A stretch of 64,000 bases of DNA from Alphaproteobacteria bacterium. Its GTDB lineage: Bacteria; Pseudomonadota; Alphaproteobacteria; 16-39-46; JAJRRM01. The notes beneath the pieces were generated by a model that saw nothing but the letters and a program-made list of their open reading frames with translations, made no database searches and had not been told where the DNA came from. Position numbers and translations under genes: made by a program. The DNA is taken from the NCBI GenBank assembly GCA_024279475.1, contig JAJRRM010000114.1:6803-70802 (forward strand), written 5' to 3'. Shown one piece after another: positions 1 to 7,323 of this stretch (positions are counted from its first letter, which is position 1; the number at the start of each line of letters is the position of its first letter).

Positions 1-737
1 CAAATCCCCACCTTTTTTAAAGCAAATGCATATAAATTCCATACATCTGAAGAAATGTGACTTCCATGATCATCTATGCATAAAGTTTCTCCTTTAATTT
101 TCATAGTGCAATGGCCCGCCAAATGCATTTCCTGCACTATAGATGCTGGTATACGACGAATATAATCATACGGATTAAAACTAAGATTTTTACTGCTAAC
201 AAAGACATTGTTAACATCCAGAATTAAACCGCACCCTGTTTTTTTACAAACTTCAGCTAAAAACTCTGGCTCCGCATAAGTATTTTCCTTAAAAGATAAA
301 TAGGTAGAAACGTTTTCAAGAATAATTTGCCTCCCTAAGAAATCCTGTGTTCTATCTATATTCTGACACAGCACTGTAAGAGCTTCCTCTGTATATGGTA
401 TTGGCAACAAATCATTAGTATAAACACCATCAATTTGACTCCAGCTCATATGCTCTGAAAATAAAAAAGGATTTAGCTCTTCTACTATCCCTTTGAGAAA
501 TTGTAAATGATCCTCACATACTGGCTGTGCACTGCCCAAGGAGAGACCAACACCGTGGATGCTCAGATCATAGTCATTTCTTATACATCTTAATTTATTT
601 AAAACCGTAGACCCAATGCAATTTTCCGCATGAACTTCAAAAAAATCTACCTTTGGCTTTTTTTCTAATATATCAGCTAAATGCTTAAAATTAAGCCCCA
701 CGCCAATAAGAGGCGGATTTTGAAGATTTTTAGTCAT
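1..737 (-). CDS. DUF692-family multinuclear non-heme iron oxidase (BufB/MbnB-like RiPP maturase); the 3' end runs off the left edge
   Basis: Absent from the ORF track because it is open to the window edge. My translation from ATG 737..735 reads MTKNLQNPPLIGVGLNFKHLADILEKKPKVDFFEVHAENCIGSTVLNKLRCIRNDYDLSIHGVGLSLGSAQPVCEDHLQFLKGIVE. The VDxFEVHxEN and LSxHGVGLSLGS motifs are DUF692 hallmarks. It lies 87 nt downstream of a DUF2282 gene on the same strand. Confidence 0.8.
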   Translation of the reverse strand, partial: MTKNLQNPPLIGVGLNFKHLADILEKKPKVDFFEVHAENCIGSTVLNKLRCIRNDYDLSIHGVGLSLGSAQPVCEDHLQFLKGIVEELNPFLFSEHMSWSQIDGVYTNDLLPIPYTEEALTVLCQNIDRTQDFLGRQIILENVSTYLSFKENTYAEPEFLAEVCKKTGCGLILDVNNVFVSSKNLSFNPYDYIRRIPASIVQEMHLAGHCTMKIKGETLCIDDHGSHISSDVWNLYAFALKKVGI

Positions 738-824
738 AAGTTTCACTTCTACTCTGCAATTTTCTCAGGCTCCTATTTTTCAATCCTCAGAAAGATTCTG
801 TATTTTCTCTGAGTAATAAGCCTT

Positions 825-1136
825 CTAAGCAGAGTCTTTTTCTGTATTTTCAATAGTAATCTTATTAACACCCTCTTTTGGCGCTAAGTTTCCACCATTA
901 ATACGAGAACATATACCTTTAGGAAGAATCATCCATGCAGCGCGATCACCATCTATAGTAGCCGAGCCAGAGCAGCTAGTTTTTCCTCCACTAGCACAAC
1001 CATTTTGGCCAGCCTTAACTATACCATAACATTTTTCTTTTAAGTGTTTCTTGTCAGCATCTTTATCTTCATTACAGCCACTAAGCGCTGCTGTTATAGC
1101 TGCTGCAATAAATGTCTTTGATGATATTTTTTTCAT
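825..1136 (-). CDS. DUF2282 (BufA/bufferin-like) Cys-containing RiPP precursor with a lipoprotein-type signal peptide
   Basis: Signal peptide ends in the lipobox LSGC. The core EKCYGIVKAGQNGCASGGKTSCSGSATIDGDRAAWMILPKGICSRINGG has the 4-Cys DUF2282 pattern (EKCYG...C...C...PxGxC). Good SD (GGGAAGGAAGTGG) before the ATG. Confidence 0.8.
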   Translation of the reverse strand: MKKISSKTFIAAAITAALSGCNEDKDADKKHLKEKCYGIVKAGQNGCASGGKTSCSGSATIDGDRAAWMILPKGICSRINGGNLAPKEGVNKITIENTEKDSA

Positions 1137-1215
1137 TCCACTTCCTTCCCTTAAGTTTACTCTAACATCCTAATAAATATTAAATTTTAAATACAAATCA
1201 GAATTTTCCTCTTTT

Positions 1216-1461
1216 TTAGGCCGGAAAATTAATGCGCCTTGCAATATCTTCTAAAGCTCTATCACCCATTTTTCGAATAACTTCTTCCTGATCCTTGTCT
1301 TTTGCTGCAATGTTTACAGACTCTAGATCTTTCTTAGCCTGTTCCATTTGATCTTCAATAAAAAGCTTTGCATTGCCAGATGCATGTGCTTGGTTTGCTA
1401 GAACACGCCCCAAGAGTAGTCGCATAGCAATCAATTCTCCAAAAAATTTTTCCATTTGCAA
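1216..1461 (-). CDS. hypothetical 81-aa helical protein without signal peptide, last gene of the secretin trio
   Basis: ORF lies 17 nt downstream of the secretin gene on the same strand. No recognisable motif. Confidence 0.4.
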   Translation of the reverse strand: MQMEKFFGELIAMRLLLGRVLANQAHASGNAKLFIEDQMEQAKKDLESVNIAAKDKDQEEVIRKMGDRALEDIARRINFPA

Positions 1462-1478
1462 ATCCTTTTTGTTTTTTC

Positions 1479-3455
1479 TTAAGATGCTGAGTTCGCGCTA
1501 TCATAAACTTCATCTAAGATGGCTGGTAAATCACTCCAACTTTCTACTATTGCATCCCCATTTCTAAATTCACGATATACTCCAACTTTTTGAAAATGCT
1601 TAAAAGCCTCTGAAATATTTGGATCTGGTTTAAACCAATCAGTATATCTATTTTTAAATTCAAAGAGAGCCTGAACAATTGGGGAATTTTTTGCAGCATC
1701 AGGTCCCCCAATAGCACCGACATACGTATAGTCTGGTTGACGCGGTGTTATCAAGAAGATTACAGACTTACGAGATTGAGTTGTAGTGTCTTTCTGAAAG
1801 AAATATTGCAACCCAGGTATATCACCAAGAACTGGAAAAGCACTAGTTGACTTTGAATCTGACCTCTGAGATAAACCGCCTAGAATTAATGTATCTCCAA
1901 TATTCATTTCTACCGTTGAGGTTATTTGGGTATGTCCCGAATATAAGGATTGACTAAAGTTTGATCCTGATGGAGCGCTTGAATCGTTAACAGTTTTTCT
2001 ATTTGCCTGTATATCTATCGACACCCTTCCATCACCTAAAAGAGTAGGTGTTACAATCATATTAAGACCGAGATTATAAGGCCCTGCTACGCTATTATCT
2101 CCATTACCAGAGGTAGCCACAACTATATCATTACCTGAAGAAAATGTAGCTTGTTTTCCGCTTAATGTTGTTAAAGTTGGTCTCGCTATAATTTCATTTC
2201 TCTCTCCAATAACATTTGCAATATTTAAAGAGTATGCAGTTGCATTTGATACAGTAAAAGAATTTCCTCCTGTTATCGTTTTATTTCCTGTTTGTTTGCT
2301 AATAGACTGACCCCAAGAGAATAGACCCTGAGCTGCCGCTGGGCTCTCTGACAAGGATATAGTTAAACCCTCTAAAAGATTCATCCCATAGGCCTGAGAA
2401 GATGACTCTTCTGCAATCATAATTACAAGATCAATAAGAACCATTTGGCCTTTAAAAGTAAGAGGTTTTGGCTGCGAAGCGTATGTTACTATCTCTTGCG
2501 TTACAGGACCCTTTAATAAGTCAGCAGCTACTGTAGCATTTCTATTTTTATAGGGATTCTCAATATCAGGCACCCTATAATTAGAAACCGATAAAGGAGG
2601 CTTTTTAGTTTCTTTTTTACCAGTATTTTTCTTGGAATTGATAGACTTTAGAGGTTTTTCAGAAATTTTTCCTATATCTTTTTTAGCGCTCTTTGGTACA
2701 TCTGATGCAGTATTCAAACCACTATCAATTTTAGACTGAACAACTTGGTATATATCACCCCATGTACTAATCCTGTTTTTTATATATCCTATATCTTTCG
2801 AATAGTTTCCTTTTAAAGCAACTAACCTATTCAAATACCCTTGCGATTTTTTCTTTTTATTAGCTGCAGCCATAACAATAGCTGCTGTGCGTAAATATAA
2901 AGGATTTTTTGCGTTTTTTTCCACAGCTTTTTCAATAGCACCCACCGCTACTATAAGATCATGTAGATAGTATGAGCTAACTGCCAAACCATACAGAGCT
3001 TTTGAAGATTTTGGATCCAATAAAAACGCTGCAGAAAAACTTCCTTGTGCTTGTGCATAGTTTTTTTTGTTCAATTCAACTGTTCCTTTATAGTAATGAA
3101 CAATAGAACTAGAGGGATCAAATTTTGCAGCTAATGCATAACCAACTTGTGCCATATCCAGATATTGATCATCCCCATTTCTCGCCATCAATTGATATAT
3201 ATAAGCATTAAAAAAATGAGCTAAAGAGTGTCTTGGTGCTACCTTTATCTGCATCCTAAACATTTTTGCAGCTACTTCAAGATCTCCTTTTTTTAGTTGC
3301 TTTATACCCTCTTTCATTATGGGGGACTTCAATGGATGACTTACTGAAATAGATGCCATAGAAAGTTTCTCTTGTTTCTGGGATGTCGTTTCACATCCAG
3401 CCAAAACAAAAGCAATTGAAATAGAAACCATTGATTGTCTCAAAAAGGCTTTCAT
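1479..3455 (-). CDS. outer-membrane secretin-family lipoprotein with an N-terminal TPR-like domain (pilotin-secretin-like fusion)
   Basis: Lipobox FVLAGC, then about 200 aa of TPR-like helical repeats and a K/S-rich linker. C-terminal secretin core motifs are VLIDLVIMIAEES, GDTLILGGL, FPVLGDIPGLQYFFQKD and VIFLITPR. Confidence 0.8.
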   Translation of the reverse strand: MKAFLRQSMVSISIAFVLAGCETTSQKQEKLSMASISVSHPLKSPIMKEGIKQLKKGDLEVAAKMFRMQIKVAPRHSLAHFFNAYIYQLMARNGDDQYLDMAQVGYALAAKFDPSSSIVHYYKGTVELNKKNYAQAQGSFSAAFLLDPKSSKALYGLAVSSYYLHDLIVAVGAIEKAVEKNAKNPLYLRTAAIVMAAANKKKKSQGYLNRLVALKGNYSKDIGYIKNRISTWGDIYQVVQSKIDSGLNTASDVPKSAKKDIGKISEKPLKSINSKKNTGKKETKKPPLSVSNYRVPDIENPYKNRNATVAADLLKGPVTQEIVTYASQPKPLTFKGQMVLIDLVIMIAEESSSQAYGMNLLEGLTISLSESPAAAQGLFSWGQSISKQTGNKTITGGNSFTVSNATAYSLNIANVIGERNEIIARPTLTTLSGKQATFSSGNDIVVATSGNGDNSVAGPYNLGLNMIVTPTLLGDGRVSIDIQANRKTVNDSSAPSGSNFSQSLYSGHTQITSTVEMNIGDTLILGGLSQRSDSKSTSAFPVLGDIPGLQYFFQKDTTTQSRKSVIFLITPRQPDYTYVGAIGGPDAAKNSPIVQALFEFKNRYTDWFKPDPNISEAFKHFQKVGVYREFRNGDAIVESWSDLPAILDEVYDSANSAS

Positions 3456-3457
3456 TG

Positions 3458-4420
3458 TTAATTTTTCTCCTTTGATAATAATTCTTCTAATTTAATTTTT
3501 TTTGCGGCTGAATGAACAGGTAAACTCGTGGCATTTTTCATATAATCAAGAGCCTGTCCCTTTATGTTTTGAAAAATTTTATTTTTAGAAACAAGATCCT
3601 CAAAGAATGTCTTTAAGAAAAAAGCTACTATATAGTTCGATGTATTTGCGCTAGAGAGGGCAACGATTGGTACTGTTATACTTGAAATAGTATCATTTTC
3701 CCCTTCATGAGTCTCTTCTCTATTACTAGTAATTATTTTAGTACTTTTATAATATGGATATTGTTTTTTTAGTTCTGGAGTTAATTTAATAGGTATTAGC
3801 TTATAGCCACAAGCCTCCACAAAATAATAAGCCACTGTGTTATCTGGAAGCCCTACATGGAAAATAGCATCTACTTCAGTGTTGCATGTATTATCATACC
3901 AACTTAACTGTGCCTTTCTCTCTACTAATTTTACATCATTAAATTTAAGATTATTCCCTCTTAATACTTTTTTAAAGGTATCAAAGGCTTCTCTACTAAA
4001 AATATTTACTTTTTTCCCTTTTAAATCTTGAATTTTTTCTATCTTTGAAGTAGGGCTGGCCAATAGATACGCGGTCCTTCTATAAAGCTGCGTAACAAAA
4101 TTTGTTTTTAATCTTTTCTTAACAGTAGCCATATCAAAATTCCTGTGATAAAAAGCATCAGCAGGGAGAACAATAAAACTATAGTTATTAGTAGGTTTAA
4201 GCGTATATTTTTTTTCTTCTAGACTACCATCTATAAGGACTTTGCACAAAATATTACGCTTACTAATCTTGATCATAGCACTACATATTTTTTGCAACAA
4301 ATTAAGCTCTATGGAATTAGTAGGGCTCGTTGCTATTGCTAGATCATAAGCACTAGCACCTGAATTTAGCATTATAAGAACAACAAGGGTTAAGAGAAAA
4401 CTTTTATTTTTATTCATCAC
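3458..4420 (-). CDS. secreted TAXI-family (TRAP-type) solute-binding-protein homologue, divergent, with no adjacent permease
   Basis: Has a signal peptide. It is collinear with TAXI receptors as I recall them (LKGKKV...; YPYYKS; C-terminal SLPVHSAAKK, cf. PLHPGA..YY). The N-terminal Gly-rich loop is replaced by ATSPTNSIE. The gap to the secretin gene is 2 nt. Confidence 0.55.
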   Translation of the reverse strand: MMNKNKSFLLTLVVLIMLNSGASAYDLAIATSPTNSIELNLLQKICSAMIKISKRNILCKVLIDGSLEEKKYTLKPTNNYSFIVLPADAFYHRNFDMATVKKRLKTNFVTQLYRRTAYLLASPTSKIEKIQDLKGKKVNIFSREAFDTFKKVLRGNNLKFNDVKLVERKAQLSWYDNTCNTEVDAIFHVGLPDNTVAYYFVEACGYKLIPIKLTPELKKQYPYYKSTKIITSNREETHEGENDTISSITVPIVALSSANTSNYIVAFFLKTFFEDLVSKNKIFQNIKGQALDYMKNATSLPVHSAAKKIKLEELLSKEKN

Positions 4421-4458
4421 TCTTTGGCCTTTTTAATTACTATTAATCTAATTTTTTA

Positions 4459-5379
4459 CTATTTACCAGAACTAGTAAGAGCTTTTTCTTTATCCAACGT
4501 TTTTTTCTGTACAGATCTATATCCATTTAAAACTTCTGTAAATTTTTTATCATCTCCTGGGCCCAAGCAGCCTCTAAGAAAAACACCATCTGGCCAGATA
4601 GAGTTGCAAACAGTGACCGATTCTAAAGCTTTTGCTTCAAAAAAAGAAGAACCTGTTAAATCAGCATTTTCCATAAAGACGTCTGCCATATTAGCACCCA
4701 TTAGGTTAGCCCCATTTAATGATGTCCCCAAAAATATTGCTCCAACCAATAAAGCATCTTGCATATTCACACCAGTCAACTTAGCCTTTGTGAAGTTAGC
4801 TCCTTTTAAATTTGCTTTTCGAAAGTTACTACCATTTAAAATGGCATTTTCAAAAATGGCTTCTGATAGGATAGCCTCTTCAAAGTTAGAATTTCCTAAC
4901 ACTGCTCCATAAAATGTACTATAAGGCATTTGAGCCCTATAAAAAGAAACGTTTTTTCCACTTGCTCCTGAAAAATTCATGTCAGGGCCTATAGTTTTAT
5001 CGAGTTTTGTATCTACTAGAAGTGCAAAAGAAAAATTTGTCCCATTGCACTTAGTACCTTGCATATTAACATTTTCTAAAGTTGCATATACAAAAGTAGC
5101 AGATACCAAGTTAGAGTTTGAAAAATTAATATCTTTTAATATTGCTTGAAAAAAGGAAGCCCCTTCTGCACTCCGGCCAGAAAAATTTACCCCTTCTAAA
5201 GAAAGCCCCTGAAAAAGACAATATTTGCAATCTTTCTCTGCAAGGAACCGACTTTTGCTCCCAACGGATAAAAGAGCTCCATAATAAAAGTAGTCTGGTT
5301 TTATTTCTTTCATATAACAACTACTTAAGAAAAGAAGCGAAATAAGAGCAAAGAAACTTTTTATTATTATTCTATCCAC
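4459..5379 (-). CDS. pentapeptide-repeat lipoprotein
   Basis: GTG start and lipobox LSSC. Long runs of A(N/D)LxG-type pentapeptides, e.g. ANLKGANFTKAKLTGVNMQDALLVGAIFLGTSLNGANLMGANMADVFMENADLTGSSF. Confidence 0.8.
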   Translation of the reverse strand: MDRIIIKSFFALISLLFLSSCYMKEIKPDYFYYGALLSVGSKSRFLAEKDCKYCLFQGLSLEGVNFSGRSAEGASFFQAILKDINFSNSNLVSATFVYATLENVNMQGTKCNGTNFSFALLVDTKLDKTIGPDMNFSGASGKNVSFYRAQMPYSTFYGAVLGNSNFEEAILSEAIFENAILNGSNFRKANLKGANFTKAKLTGVNMQDALLVGAIFLGTSLNGANLMGANMADVFMENADLTGSSFFEAKALESVTVCNSIWPDGVFLRGCLGPGDDKKFTEVLNGYRSVQKKTLDKEKALTSSGK

Positions 5380-5555
5380 TGTTTTTATTCTTATTTTATT
5401 AATAATACATCTTTATTGAATAGTAGTTTGCGTTTTTTAGCAAGAAAAAAAATCTCCTTTCAAGCTTTTTATTAGAAGGATTCTATGTTCTTAGATAAAC
5501 ATCCCCCTTCTAGAAAAAACCAATACCTGAAGAGTTGTTCCTTCCTTTAGCAGCG

Positions 5556-6329
<774 letters not shown>

Positions 6330-6335
6330 TTCGCC

Positions 6336-7295
6336 TCACCTTTTGTTTTTAAATTTTTTTATTAGTTTCCAAAACTCCTCTACTAAATCTATCAAAGTAT
6401 GAAAAGACTGTCTACCCATTGTTTTTGTATTGAATGAATAAATAAAACCATTTACTTCTGCATTGTATGTTTTTTCTAGAGCTTCTTTGAATGAATATTT
6501 CTTTAATATTGCCCCCATATGAAGATCATCACAGAATATTGTTCCTGTAAAATTATAGTCTTTCCTCAGTTTATTTATCAAACTTTTTGAAAATGTAGCT
6601 GGTTCATGTCCCCAGTCATCGTGGCTGATATGAGCTGTCATAACTCCTTCTACCGATGTATCTTGAATAAGCGTCTTGAATACATTCATCTCTTCTTTTT
6701 TCCACACTTTAGACGTGTCTACAAAACCGTCATGCGTGTCTCCTTGAGCTGACCCATGTCCTGGAAAATGCTTTAGGCAAGTTCCTACACCTTCTTCTTC
6801 ATGCGCTTTTATAAATGCCTTTGCATATAAAGCAACGTTCTCTTCTGTTCCATATGAACGCTTTAGACTTCCTATTATAGGTGACAGAGGCACATGCTTT
6901 GGATTTATATCAATGCACGGTGCAAAATTATAGTTAATACCAAAATAATTTAACTCTGAAGCCATTTTTCTATAGAGTTGCTTTGCGCCTTCATAGTCTA
7001 GTGTTTTTGCTACAAATTGCGGTGTAGCATAATCTGTGAAGCTATTTTTTTTGCGCAACCTTTGAACTAACCCACCTTCTTGATCCACAGTCACAAGCAG
7101 CTTGTCTGCACCGTCTTTCAAATACGTTGTAAGTTCTTTTAACTGCCTAGGATTTTCTATATTATAATCAAAGAGAATAACACCTTGAATTTTATCTTCT
7201 TGAATAAATTTTTTTACTTGCTGTACTTCTTTGTCTCCAGAAGTGGTCCCTGAAAATCCAACAACTAAAACAAGTGTGGGGAAACTTTTTGCCAT
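6336..7295 (-). CDS. nagZ: beta-N-acetylhexosaminidase, glycoside hydrolase family 3 (NagZ-like)
   Basis: GH3 N-domain motifs VDQEGGLVQRL and KHFPGHGSAQGDTHDG. Confidence 0.8.
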   Translation of the reverse strand: MAKSFPTLVLVVGFSGTTSGDKEVQQVKKFIQEDKIQGVILFDYNIENPRQLKELTTYLKDGADKLLVTVDQEGGLVQRLRKKNSFTDYATPQFVAKTLDYEGAKQLYRKMASELNYFGINYNFAPCIDINPKHVPLSPIIGSLKRSYGTEENVALYAKAFIKAHEEEGVGTCLKHFPGHGSAQGDTHDGFVDTSKVWKKEEMNVFKTLIQDTSVEGVMTAHISHDDWGHEPATFSKSLINKLRKDYNFTGTIFCDDLHMGAILKKYSFKEALEKTYNAEVNGFIYSFNTKTMGRQSFHTLIDLVEEFWKLIKKFKNKR

Positions 7296-7323
7296 ATCAT
7301 CATTTCCTTTTTTAATATGAACA

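Noticed and set aside
4424-4912. 162-aa plus-strand ORF antisense to the pentapeptide-repeat gene.
   Set aside because: Repeat-driven antisense open frames are typical of pentapeptide genes. It has no start context and opposes all neighbouring genes.
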